Shown here: positions 44,436 through 54,700 of the stretch, piece after piece
Position numbering within the stretch: position 1 is the first letter of the stretch
Layout of the letters: every line of letters starts with the position of its first letter
Source: Halobacteriovoraceae bacterium
Lineage (GTDB): Bacteria; Bdellovibrionota; Bacteriovoracia; Bacteriovoracales; Bacteriovoracaceae
Direction of reading: 5' to 3'
DNA: 64,000 bases
Assembly (NCBI GenBank): GCA_002712005.1
Contig: PASP01000003.1
Location: forward strand, 59,383-123,382
The notes under the pieces: model-generated
What the model was told of the DNA's origin: nothing
Seen by the model: the letters and a program-made list of their open reading frames with translations, nothing else
Database searches by the model: none
Position numbers and translations under genes: made by a program

Positions 44436-45602
44436 TTGAAGTTATCCTTTGTTCGCTACTTTTTTTCTTATCTTATCCATGCAAAGACGCGCCAAAGATT
44501 GCTCTTCATAGCAATCTTTGGTCTCATTCTCTCTTCTTTTGCTTTGATTGTTCTTCAATCAACGATGGGAGGGCTTCAAAGTAAACTCATTGCTCGTTCG
44601 AAAAGAGTGACAGGCCATGGTGTTGTTGAGTTTTCTCAAGCTTCTGAAAAAGAGGTGAGAGTGGCCATAGAGGAGCTTAAAGAAAGTGGTCTCTATGCTG
44701 TGGGTGAATTAGAATTAGAGCTTCTCATTAAGTACGGTCAATACTATGCCCCCATACTCATCCATGGAATTAATCCTACGGGAGATCTTCCTCGCTTTAT
44801 AGAGGGGCGAGTTTTTGATGAGTTAATTCTTCCAAGAAGCTTAAGCCTTAAAGTAAATGCGGCCATTGGAGATCTGGTTCGTTTACTTAGTCCGGCCCAT
44901 CTTGATTCTTTTATGGGAGATATTCCTCGTATGAGTTCCCTCTATGTGGACTATCTCGTATCCACTGATGTTCAAGAGGTGGATGAATTTCATGGCTGGG
45001 CAAATCTTCTAAGAATACAGAGTTTAATTAAAAAGAGAACCCTTAATCGCATCAGATTATTTGATCCCTATGATAAGACTCAGGTAGAATTAATTTTAAG
45101 AAGGAATGGTTTAGCAGACGCTTCTGTTCTATCTTGGGAAGAGAAGAATTCAACCCTCGTTTGGGCCTTAGGTCTTGAGACTACGGTTATGGTCTTTCTC
45201 TTTGCTGCCATGACTCTCTTGGTATCATTGGCGATCATTAGTGGACTCCTTATCTTTTTTACGAAAGTAAAAGGGGATATGGCCAGTTTTTGGATCTTAG
45301 GTACAGAGGAAAGAGAGATCTTTAAAAGCTCTCGTATCTTCCTCTTTTCTCTAAGTTTTTTCTCTGTCACCCTTGGGCTCTTTCTTGGATTAGGCTTCCT
45401 CTATGGATTAGATTATTTTGGGCCTAATATAATGCCCGATGTTTTTGTCGATAGAAAGATACCTGTCGCTATTTCTACGCGAGGGGTATTACTCAGTTTT
45501 TCTATTCCTTTCTTTATCAGCTTATTTTTTGCGAACCTATCTTTAAAGGCCTTTCGTAAGGATGTGGACTACTTAAGTTATATCCGCACACTTGGACGTT
45601 AA
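44436..45602 (+). CDS. LolC/LolE-like FtsX-family ABC transporter permease
   Basis: N-terminal TM, a periplasmic domain of about 200 aa, then three C-terminal TMs (FtsX-type, LVSLAIISGLLIFF...). TTG start 14 nt after fadB. No ATPase gene is adjacent. Confidence 0.8.
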   Translation: MKLSFVRYFFSYLIHAKTRQRLLFIAIFGLILSSFALIVLQSTMGGLQSKLIARSKRVTGHGVVEFSQASEKEVRVAIEELKESGLYAVGELELELLIKYGQYYAPILIHGINPTGDLPRFIEGRVFDELILPRSLSLKVNAAIGDLVRLLSPAHLDSFMGDIPRMSSLYVDYLVSTDVQEVDEFHGWANLLRIQSLIKKRTLNRIRLFDPYDKTQVELILRRNGLADASVLSWEEKNSTLVWALGLETTVMVFLFAAMTLLVSLAIISGLLIFFTKVKGDMASFWILGTEEREIFKSSRIFLFSLSFFSVTLGLFLGLGFLYGLDYFGPNIMPDVFVDRKIPVAISTRGVLLSFSIPFFISLFFANLSLKAFRKDVDYLSYIRTLGR

Positions 45603-45681
45603 ATTAAAATTTTTTATTGGTAAAATGCTCCACGTTCCATTTTCTTGAGTGCGATACTCCTTTGTTTTAAACTATTCTCCT

Positions 45682-46467
45682 ATGAAAAAAATCATCTTAA
45701 CCCTCTCGCTCTTTCTTATTTCTATCTCCCATTCGTTGGCCAATGAATTCAATTGTGCAGTGAATATTAGTCATTCTAATCCTTCTGCTAGTGACTCTAG
45801 ATTTCCTTTTACTTTCAATTCCGAAAAGGACACATCCAAGTCTTTGCAGTTTAAAGACTACCGCTTTCTCGTGTGGAAAAGTGATGCCTCTCTTATGATT
45901 AAGATCAAAGGTGGTGTTTTTAAAGAGGCCCTATCGGTACAATTTGGTCTTGATCAAAAACAGGCCCGCTTTCACTATGGTAAGGACTTCGACTTTGATT
46001 GCTCACAAAAAGCGATTGCAGATAGCAGTCATACGCTTAAGAAAATCGATGGTGCTAAAGAGAATATAGTAGTCAAAGTTACTCATAATCTAACTTTTCC
46101 CTATAATCAAAGTGAAGAAGTCGAATTGATGAGAACTCTTTATTTTCAAGATGAAAAAATTTATTCTGAATCTTCCAAACTCATTCCTAAGCTTCCATGG
46201 TGCAGCTTAAGGATTCAATTATCTCGCAACGAAGATACTACTGTTAAGGCCGGTGAAGAATTTATTCCCGTATCTTATGATGGACACAACAATAATAGCT
46301 ACTTCACCACTCACAGTTATTCCTTTGTGGATTTTGCGAGTGGAAAAAAGAGAGGATCGAAGAGACTCTACAATCCCTTTATGTTCAATTGCAATGTCCT
46401 TAGAGGTATGGATTTCAATGGTGATACCTTTGCAAGTATCGTAGGCAACTATCTAAAGATTAAGTAG
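45682..46467 (+). CDS. Hypothetical secreted protein
   Basis: I prefer ATG 45682 (MKKIILTLSLFLISISHSLA is a canonical signal peptide) over the track start at GTG 45649. No recognised domain. Confidence 0.6.
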   Translation: MKKIILTLSLFLISISHSLANEFNCAVNISHSNPSASDSRFPFTFNSEKDTSKSLQFKDYRFLVWKSDASLMIKIKGGVFKEALSVQFGLDQKQARFHYGKDFDFDCSQKAIADSSHTLKKIDGAKENIVVKVTHNLTFPYNQSEEVELMRTLYFQDEKIYSESSKLIPKLPWCSLRIQLSRNEDTTVKAGEEFIPVSYDGHNNNSYFTTHSYSFVDFASGKKRGSKRLYNPFMFNCNVLRGMDFNGDTFASIVGNYLKIK

Positions 46468-46497
46468 TAAATTCCACGTTATTTTTAGCTGATCTTT

Positions 46498-47709
46498 TTA
46501 CCATTGCTGTAAGGCCGTTTTATTGGGGGAGAGTAAATTGAAGTATATCTTCTTCCAAGAATCAGTCAGCAAGGACTTTAATTTCTTATCTCCACTTTCA
46601 GACTTTCTAAAGAGCTCATGACATTCCGGCGTAGGATTTCCATAGGGAAAGTGACCTTTGCCCCTGAGGTAGTTCAAGCAGGTCACAGCATAGTGACGGA
46701 TGTACTCTGGAAAACTATCTTGAAGATGAAAGGTGAGGGCCTGAGAGCGACTATGGTCTAAGGTCTCAAAGAGCTTTCCTGGTAGGGGATCTCTCTTTTT
46801 CATTTTCTCGAGAACTTTCTCTCTTAGCGCATAGTTTTGAGAGAGATCTTTAAGGGAGTTCCAACTTAAATTAAGAATCTCACAAGGAGAAGGTGATTGA
46901 AGGAAGTAGCGAAGCATCCATTCATGATACTGAATGGGAGTGAGTTCTTCATTGAGTTTGAGGGCGACAAAGATTGATTTTCCTTGGATGGGATTTAACT
47001 GATTGAGGACCTCTTTTAGATAGGGGTTAATCTTATTCCAACAGCTTTTACCGATTTTTTGATCGAGGAAGTATTTTCTCTTTTTAGGATCCATGAGCTG
47101 CATATTTTCATGCAATATATAGTCGGTAAAGATTCTCTTCGTTATGTCTTTGGAACAGTAGAATTGATCCTTTTCTTGATGGAAAATTTGGCCAAGATAG
47201 GGCATGGCCTTAGGCCCTGGAAAGAAGCCATAATAGAGGGAGGCCATTTGATAACCGGTTTCGAGATCTTTTCTGGCGCTCTTCCAATATTTATTCATTT
47301 GAGAAGCACATATTTCCTTGTCCTTCTTGGTAAAACAGCTCTTGAAATAGGAGAGAGCGTAGCTATTTCTTTTAATCTGAAAGAATTCATCTCTCTTAAG
47401 CTCAGGCCATGTTCCGAGCTCATAAATTTTCTTATAATATTTGGAATTAAATTGTTTTTGCGACCTAAGTTCATCCACATAATCGATGGCCATTGAGCTA
47501 AGCATTTCAATCCAGTATTCATTTCGTTTACTAGGGAGTATGTCTCGGGCATGTTCAAAGTATTCTTCGTAACTCTTTCCCTTTTGCAGAACTTCAAGGT
47601 CAGCAAGACTATAGAGATTTTTAGAATGGATGGAGATAGGGCAAAAGAGCAAAGAACTCAGAATTAGGAAGGTAATTCTTGCCCTGAGGTTTAATCTTAC
47701 TAATAACAT
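46498..47709 (-). CDS. Hypothetical secreted protein (403 aa, helical, several Cys)
   Basis: Long ORF with an N-terminal hydrophobic signal (ITFLILSSLLFCPISIHS). No recognised domain. Confidence 0.6.
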   Translation of the reverse strand: MLLVRLNLRARITFLILSSLLFCPISIHSKNLYSLADLEVLQKGKSYEEYFEHARDILPSKRNEYWIEMLSSMAIDYVDELRSQKQFNSKYYKKIYELGTWPELKRDEFFQIKRNSYALSYFKSCFTKKDKEICASQMNKYWKSARKDLETGYQMASLYYGFFPGPKAMPYLGQIFHQEKDQFYCSKDITKRIFTDYILHENMQLMDPKKRKYFLDQKIGKSCWNKINPYLKEVLNQLNPIQGKSIFVALKLNEELTPIQYHEWMLRYFLQSPSPCEILNLSWNSLKDLSQNYALREKVLEKMKKRDPLPGKLFETLDHSRSQALTFHLQDSFPEYIRHYAVTCLNYLRGKGHFPYGNPTPECHELFRKSESGDKKLKSLLTDSWKKIYFNLLSPNKTALQQW

Positions 47710-47981
47710 ATGAGCCCAATCCTTGTTCTCTTTTCATTGTTCAATTGCTGCTTCTATTTTAAGGTTTTTTGGGATTTAAAGTCAATTTTTGCCTAGTAAA
47801 ACTTGTTTACTTCAATATTATTTTGAGATGAATCTTTCCGATATATACAATCTTTTTTTCTCTCGAAAAAAGACTTAATCTTCCTGGTTAATCGCCGAAA
47901 AATTAGCCCACGACTCCTTATCGTTCAGACTCTAATCGCCAATTATAGTCGGGCTTTACGCATTTTATTTAGTGAATAAAT

Positions 47982-48290
47982 ATGACTTCATCCCAAGCTC
48001 AGAAATTGCAAAAGAACAAAGATCAGCAAAAGGAAAGGGAAGCCTTTCAAGAGCGAGAGAGGATGAAGAATTATGAAAACCGACAACTTCACTTTGCTAA
48101 TGGAGGGATAGAACTTCAATCCCAGTATCGGGGCAAAGAGTCTTATACAAAATTGAACTTCATTCACTATGTGATAATCTTGAGTATATTGATCAGTATA
48201 ATTGTCTTTAGTTTATTTCTCCTTCTTACCTATATACCGGCCACTAAACCTCATGTGATGAAATTTATAGAAACCCAATTGAGCCAATAA
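47982..48290 (+). CDS. Small C-terminally anchored membrane protein (hypothetical)
   Basis: 102 aa with a charged N-terminal half and a single TM (VIILSILISIIVFSLFLLLTYI). No homology recognised, so coding status is uncertain. Confidence 0.45.
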   Translation: MTSSQAQKLQKNKDQQKEREAFQERERMKNYENRQLHFANGGIELQSQYRGKESYTKLNFIHYVIILSILISIIVFSLFLLLTYIPATKPHVMKFIETQLSQ

Positions 48291-48334
48291 AGCTCAAGTC
48301 TTCTTATTTTTATTTGATTAAATTTATTTTTTAT

Positions 48335-48361
48335 TTAAGCTCTCTCGTTTATTTCCCGATA
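48335..48361 (+). promoter_or_regulatory. Sigma-28 (FliA/SigD)-like promoter candidate
   Basis: TAAG-N15-CCCGATAT versus consensus TAAA-N15-GCCGATA(A/T): 3/4 and 7/8 matches with correct 15-nt spacing. Lies 42 nt upstream of the ATG at 48403. Confidence 0.4.
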
Positions 48362-48402
48362 TTTAGGACATAATCAATTCTTTTTTTGAACTTGGAGCTT
48401 CT

Positions 48403-49122
48403 ATGTTGCCTTCATTTAAGCAAATATTTATGGCCATAACTGTCCTATCCTTACCTTTTTTCCTATCTCTTCCCGCTGTAGCAGGAAATGATTGTGTTGA
48501 TTGTTCAGTTCAAAGTGATGCCCCTGGAAGTAGGGCCTTAGAGTTCATTGAGAATTTAGAAAAAATTGGAATGATGGCGATTAATTGTCCGGATGGATCA
48601 CGCTCTTTTGAAGAAGATTTCTGTGACAGCTATATGTATGTCAAAAATAAACAAAACTTTGATGATTGGATAAAAAAATGCGGCTTTGAAAATGATCCCA
48701 ATCGAGATGATATATTAGATTATTTTGAGCAATTATCTTGTGAAAACTATAGAAGTCTTGCTTATCGCAATACTCACCCTGATCTTATGCGAACTCAGAG
48801 AATCCCTGCTGCTAGCTTTCTCCATTATTCAGGAACAGGGATTCATGATCTCTATAACTATCATAAGGAATTGGTTCTTTATTATCTAAGAGAAGATCGA
48901 GAAAACTTAGATCGTTTTGTTAATGTTCTCAATCGCAGAGATGGTAATGGTTTTACTTTCTTAGATCATCTCAATATGAAATGGGTCTATGGAAAAGATG
49001 AAGTCAAGAACACAACAAGAATGATGATCAATACTCTTTGTTCTGTAGGTGCTAACTTTTCTGATGAATCACTTAATGAACGTTTTGACTGTAAGCCTAA
49101 TCCTAGGATTCTTGGAAGCTAA
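48403..49122 (+). CDS. Hypothetical secreted Cys-rich protein
   Basis: GGAG RBS and signal peptide (ITVLSLPFFLSLPAVAG). 239 aa with multiple Cys. No domain confidently recognised. RRDGNGFTFLDHLN is faintly ankyrin-like. Confidence 0.65.
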   Translation: MLPSFKQIFMAITVLSLPFFLSLPAVAGNDCVDCSVQSDAPGSRALEFIENLEKIGMMAINCPDGSRSFEEDFCDSYMYVKNKQNFDDWIKKCGFENDPNRDDILDYFEQLSCENYRSLAYRNTHPDLMRTQRIPAASFLHYSGTGIHDLYNYHKELVLYYLREDRENLDRFVNVLNRRDGNGFTFLDHLNMKWVYGKDEVKNTTRMMINTLCSVGANFSDESLNERFDCKPNPRILGS

Positions 49123-49124
49123 TA

Positions 49125-51668
49125 ATGAAGAACTTCTTATTTTTCTTTTCTTTCTTAGTCATCACAAGTTCTTATCCTTGTACTTTAACGGAGTACCTTG
49201 TTGATTTGGATGGAAGCGATTGCCAAGACACGCAAAAATTGGCGAGACCTTTTTTACAGGAAGAACAGAAGCAGAGAAAAGATAAAATTGATCAGTATCT
49301 TGGAGAAATTCTTACTCTATCCATGGATCATGAAATAGGGAAAATTACGGGAATCGATCAGACTCTTCAGAGTATGGGTGTCGAAATGTCTAATTCTGAG
49401 GATTCCTTTTGTTCATTAGATAAAATGAAATCATCTTTATCGTGTTCTTCTCATGTGGTGGAAGAGAATCTTAAGAAATATAAAATGGGAATGGGAGAAG
49501 ATGTTGATTCCTTTTTCAATCAACTCTCTAAGAACTTCTTAGATCGTAGTCAGCTTAAATTAGAAAATAGTAGCGATTCTTGTATGTCTCCTGCTTTTAA
49601 GAAGCAATATGAACTTTCACTCTTCTTTGAGGCCAATAAAGATGTTGATTTAAAGACTCTTCTCAATAATGAAAGTGAAGAGAGTAGTGCTGCTGATTTT
49701 GCAGGACTTATTGATGATTTAAATTATCTTTTTTGGGATGATTTTAGTTCAGATTTACTCTCTCTCAATACGGCCACCTTAGAAGGTGATACATTTGAAG
49801 ATCAAATAAAGAATGTTCTTGCACAGACAGCTAATTCAGACTTTGCCTCAACCAAGGCCAAAGAGTCTTGCCAGCAAATGTATGAAACACTAGATAGTTT
49901 TCTTTGTTCCAATATGACGGATTACTCTATCAATGATCATGACTTTAATCAGGATGTTCTCAATTATAATTCTGTGGATCTTGAAAATGGCTTTGATATT
50001 TTCACTCTTGAATTATCAGGTGCAGATATAGAGAAAAGTTATAGAAACTTTATTCTAAACTGTCCCCAAGAAAATACGGACGATTCCATTTCTTCACTAG
50101 ATAAAGATACGGTGGATAAGCATCTTTCGATTTTGGATATGCCTTTTAAAGAGTTAGAAGAAAAAGTAGGAAATCAAATCGATCAAGCACAAAAGAGTGT
50201 CGTCAATCAAAATGATTTGGAACAGAAAATGTGTAGTTTACTCTCTTGTGAAGAACTCTCATTTAATGAAATTCCCGAAGGAGGAAGTTGCACACTTCGT
50301 GAAGGACCGCGTACAAGAGAAGAAGTAGAGACTTTATTAAATTGTCCCCAAGATGATCAATGTCATACTAGAGAATTTAGATCATTAATTTCAACTTTGG
50401 AGAGAACTGCACCTCTAAGGGCGAGAAGACCGCAAACCATTTTAAAAGAAAATGGAGAAACGGAAGTCATCCAGGCCCACTCTGGACTCTCATCATTTGG
50501 AAATGCATTTCTCTTGGATAATCATCGTCAACAAGTAACGGCTACAACTCAAGTGAATAGTCAACCCCCTGGTACAGCTGCTGCGGCTGCCACAGAAACA
50601 CCTTCTGCACAGGGGGTTGTTGGACCTGCGGTTGAAGAAGAAGGCCCTAGTTTCTTAAGTGCAAGTATTCCAAGTACTGTGGAAAGACGTGAGCGGGCAA
50701 ATCGAAGGGCCAATACAGATACTGCTCGAGCTCAAGTGCAAAGTCCTAATCCCACTACAGCGACTTGGAATCCCCAGACTCATCCCTATGAGTCTATGGG
50801 AAAGAAAGTTAATGCCCCTATCAATTCACACGATTTGCGTGCGGCCTACGAAGCTCGCAATTTAGCGGAAGATCGAGACAGAGAGAGAAGAACTTTGGAA
50901 ACCATGGAAACCCAAAGAAGAACAATGGAAGAAATGTTGGGCGTGATGAGGGATACGGCCGGTATTCAAAATGAATTGGCCTCTCAGAGTTCACAGAGAG
51001 TGAGCTTGCCAGAGATTGCAAGGGCCAACTCTTATCAAGATCATATCTATACCTTTAATAATGAAGAATCAGCTGCACAAGAAACTCTGAGAGAAAGAGA
51101 AGAAAATTATTTGCGCAATGTTCAAAGAGATAGACAAGCGGAAATTCAACGTTCTGCTTTTCGTGACACCACTGGGGATAATTCCGAAAGAGCTGAGACG
51201 AATCTAATGGCCCCTGTTGGTAGCGGATCCCCATCAAAAAATGGTGATCCCTCAAATTCTTCAGCGGGAGCGAGGGGAGGAAGCTCTAGTGGTAGTGCGG
51301 CCTTAGCTCTTTCTCCAGGTGAGTCAGGTGGTGGGGGAAGTACTGCTCCGGCCCGAATCGGTGATATTAATGCACTGCTGGATGAATTTAATCAGATGCC
51401 TGAAAATGTAAAAATTGAAACAACCGTTTCCGATATTGTCCAACTAACTCCTGACTCGTTGAAGAAGTCAGGCATTGAAATCGATAATCCATTTGTTATA
51501 GTGGTTAGAGATGGAAGTGGTGAATATACGGTTCCGGTTAGACCTTCTCTTTATAGGGGGCGTACCATTTTAACGCCTATTCTAAACGACACCAATGCGA
51601 ATCTTTCCCAGTATCTTCGCAGATCACCTCTGTTCTCTTCGTATTACCGATTCCAGGATCGTAGCTAA
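49125..51668 (+). CDS. Large hypothetical secreted protein (847 aa)
   Basis: Starts 2 nt after the preceding stop (TAATAATG). Signal peptide (FLFFFSFLVITSSYP). The N-terminal half is Cys-rich and acidic. It then has Ala/Gly/Ser-rich and Arg/Glu coiled-coil segments. No recognised domain. Confidence 0.7.
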   Translation: MKNFLFFFSFLVITSSYPCTLTEYLVDLDGSDCQDTQKLARPFLQEEQKQRKDKIDQYLGEILTLSMDHEIGKITGIDQTLQSMGVEMSNSEDSFCSLDKMKSSLSCSSHVVEENLKKYKMGMGEDVDSFFNQLSKNFLDRSQLKLENSSDSCMSPAFKKQYELSLFFEANKDVDLKTLLNNESEESSAADFAGLIDDLNYLFWDDFSSDLLSLNTATLEGDTFEDQIKNVLAQTANSDFASTKAKESCQQMYETLDSFLCSNMTDYSINDHDFNQDVLNYNSVDLENGFDIFTLELSGADIEKSYRNFILNCPQENTDDSISSLDKDTVDKHLSILDMPFKELEEKVGNQIDQAQKSVVNQNDLEQKMCSLLSCEELSFNEIPEGGSCTLREGPRTREEVETLLNCPQDDQCHTREFRSLISTLERTAPLRARRPQTILKENGETEVIQAHSGLSSFGNAFLLDNHRQQVTATTQVNSQPPGTAAAAATETPSAQGVVGPAVEEEGPSFLSASIPSTVERRERANRRANTDTARAQVQSPNPTTATWNPQTHPYESMGKKVNAPINSHDLRAAYEARNLAEDRDRERRTLETMETQRRTMEEMLGVMRDTAGIQNELASQSSQRVSLPEIARANSYQDHIYTFNNEESAAQETLREREENYLRNVQRDRQAEIQRSAFRDTTGDNSERAETNLMAPVGSGSPSKNGDPSNSSAGARGGSSSGSAALALSPGESGGGGSTAPARIGDINALLDEFNQMPENVKIETTVSDIVQLTPDSLKKSGIEIDNPFVIVVRDGSGEYTVPVRPSLYRGRTILTPILNDTNANLSQYLRRSPLFSSYYRFQDRS

Positions 51669-51746
51669 TACGTCGCATTATTAAAAAGTAAATATTGTCT
51701 TTTTTACGAAGACTTATCGTATTCAACGAATGAGTTATGTTGTAAA

Positions 51747-54700
51747 TTGGCAACGAATTTGGACATTAATTTTCCTTCATCTAAAGGTTTTTATTCTATG
51801 AAGAGTCAACATCAAGTTAACTATGAAGTTCCCCCTATTATTCCTCATGTGGAAGAGACCACGGTAACTATTAATGAGGAGCAATGGACGATTGAATTCT
51901 ATTCTGAATATAAAGATGTTGTCTTAGGGGCGATGGAAGAGGTGGTGAGTAAGTTATCCCATCACTGTCTTGCTGAATTCTCTTCTCACCGTACACAGGT
52001 AAGCTTAAGTGGAGCTCCGTTACTTGCTGGTATTTTTCCCGCCGAAAAGAATATCAGTTTCTATTCTCCTCGTTTAGGGCGAGAACTTTTTCTCATTGAA
52101 CATATTCAACAGAATAAAAGTCGTGATCCTCTTAAGTCATTAGTAGAAACCAATGAATATAAAAAGTTTAAAATCTATGCAGAGAAAGTTGCGGGTCTTA
52201 CGGCCCATGAATTTCCTTCTGTTCATCAATTGACAACTCAAAAGTATAAGCTCCCTCAGATGTTGGGAAATAAGGAGTTTAAAGATATTGAAGACAAAAT
52301 GTCGGCAAAAATCGAAGAGCTTGTTCCTCTAATGGAGGAGTATAAGCCTACACTCTTTGAAAAAGTTTCTGACTTTGGTCTTGATCTTACTGCGCGCTTT
52401 GCTTTGATGAGAATTCATTTATTGAAATTTGTCGCTATCTTGCCCTCCCTTGATCACGATAAAGAGGGGACAGAAGTAAAGAGAATCTTTCTAGAGACTT
52501 TTAGAAGACTTACTATCGACTCTACCAAGGCAAAACTTCTTAAGCTCAAAGGACAAGAGGCTCCACTGCCTCCTATGATTTACTATGCGCTTAAAGTGGT
52601 TCTCTTTATTGGTAAATATATTCCTGCAAAAATTCTAGGAGAGTTAATCCGCTCAAGTGTTAGGGCCATGGCCACGAGATTTATTGCTGGAGAGAATATT
52701 GAATCGGTTCAAGATTCATTCAAATCACTCTTTTCCACTCGTCGTGATGTTACTCTTGATCAATTGGGAGAATTAGTTGTTTCTGAGAAGGAAGCTGATA
52801 ACTATTGTTCAGAAGTTATCAATCTAATCAATGGTCTCGGTCAGCACATTAAGAAAGGTGATAAGAATAAGGCAGGAATTTATCGCTCTCACGTCTCGAT
52901 TAAAGTATCTGCGCTTTGCTCAGACTTTAAACCAGATGCCTTTGACTATACTTATAAATTAGTTGCCCCTCGTTTAAAGCAAATCCTTATTAAGGCCAAA
53001 GAAAAAGAAGTTTTTATTCATGTGGATGCGGAACACTACCACTATAGAGATTGTGTTTTAGAAATCTATGCCAAGGTTCTTTTAGATACACCTGAATTGC
53101 ATGATTTTCAACAAACGGCGATAGTGGTTCAGGCCTATTTAAGAGATGGTTATCAGCATTTAATGGATGTTTTAGATCTCGCCCGTAAAAGAAATCTCTT
53201 AATGCCTATTCGTCTTGTTAAAGGGGCGTACTGGGATGCTGAAACCATTGAAGCTGATGCCCATTCATTTGATGCGCCTGAATTCTTAAATAAAGAAGAA
53301 ACGGATCTTAACTTCAGACAGATGATCCATGAAATTTTTAAACATGGAGAGTATCTCCAATTATGTATCGCTTCTCACAACTTTCAAGACCATTGTTTTG
53401 CAGAAACTCTAAGAGAAGAAAAGTTTCCTAATGCTCCGGTAATTGAGCACCAATGTTTACACATGACTTATGAAGCCTTATCAGTGGCCTTGGCGAAAAT
53501 GGGTTGGGCCACTCGTAATTATGTTCCGGTGGGAAGTCTCCTCGTTGGGATGGCCTATTTGGTTCGAAGAATTATGGAAAACTCATCACAAGTTGGGGTT
53601 TTGACGATTATGCGCTCTCACAAGAAAGCTGCTCGTATTGATGATCCCATGACCGTTCATGAAGATAATATTAAGAACTGGTCACTTCAGTTTGATAAGA
53701 CTATCAACAAAATGACTTCTGACTTTTTTAATATCACTCCTATTCGAACCTATCTAAAAGAAGAGAAGAATATTGTTGCAAGTGCCTATGATAAATTTAA
53801 AGAATCTATGCTTGGGGTGCATTACTCAAATGACTTTCTTAATGAAGATGATATTAAATCCAATCACGCGGATCGTGTGCATAAGGTCTTCTCAAGTTCT
53901 GATCCCGATCTCTTAGTGGGAACGATTTGTTTTGCTGGTAAGGAAGATGTTGATCGTGCCATGGATGTGGTTGAGAAGGGTTATGAAAGCGGAAGCTGGT
54001 CTCGTCAATTTTGGCTATCTCGATGTTCAGTCCTTTTAAAGGCCGCTGACTTAATGCTGGCCCGACGTAATGATCTTGCTGCTCTTATTAGTTATGAAGC
54101 TGGTAAGGCCATTGCTGAATCTTATGCAGATGTTGATGAGGCGATCGACTTTCTTAATTACTATGCTCGTGAAGAGAGAAAGGTGACGGCCTACTCTGAT
54201 CAAATGGTAGGAAGAGGTCCCATTGTGGCCATTACTCCTTGGAACTTTCCTATGGCCATTCCTACGGGGATGATTTCAGGACCTCTCGTTTCCGGTAATA
54301 CGGTTGTTCTCAAATCTGCAGAGCAAACTCCTCTCATCGCTCAGATGGTTGTTAATATTATGCATGAAGCTGGTGTTCCAAAAGATGCTTTAGTGCATTT
54401 ACCTGGTCAAGGTGAAGATATCGGTCAGGCCCTTGTTGATCATCCCAAAGCCGCTGGTTACGTGTTCACAGGTTCACGTCCTGTGGGGCAGATGATTTCT
54501 CATAAGGCCTCTAAGCGCTTCTATCATAATAAATTATGGAATCTAAAATTCCCGGTTAAGGCCATCACTGAATTAGGGGGGAAGAATGCGATTATCGTTA
54601 CTGCTAATGCCGAGCTCGATGAGACCGTTGCAGGGATTCTCTATTCTTCCTTTGCCCACGCAGGTCAGAAATGTTCTGCCGCTTCACGAGTGATCGTAGA

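Noticed and set aside
47905-47955. Imperfect inverted repeat AGCCCACGACT...AGTCGGGCT and a duplicated TAATCGCC motif in the 272-nt gap upstream of the small ORF at 47982.
   Set aside because: It has one bulge, a 31-nt loop, no following U-tract and no similarity to RNA families I know. I noted it but cannot support it as an sRNA or riboswitch.
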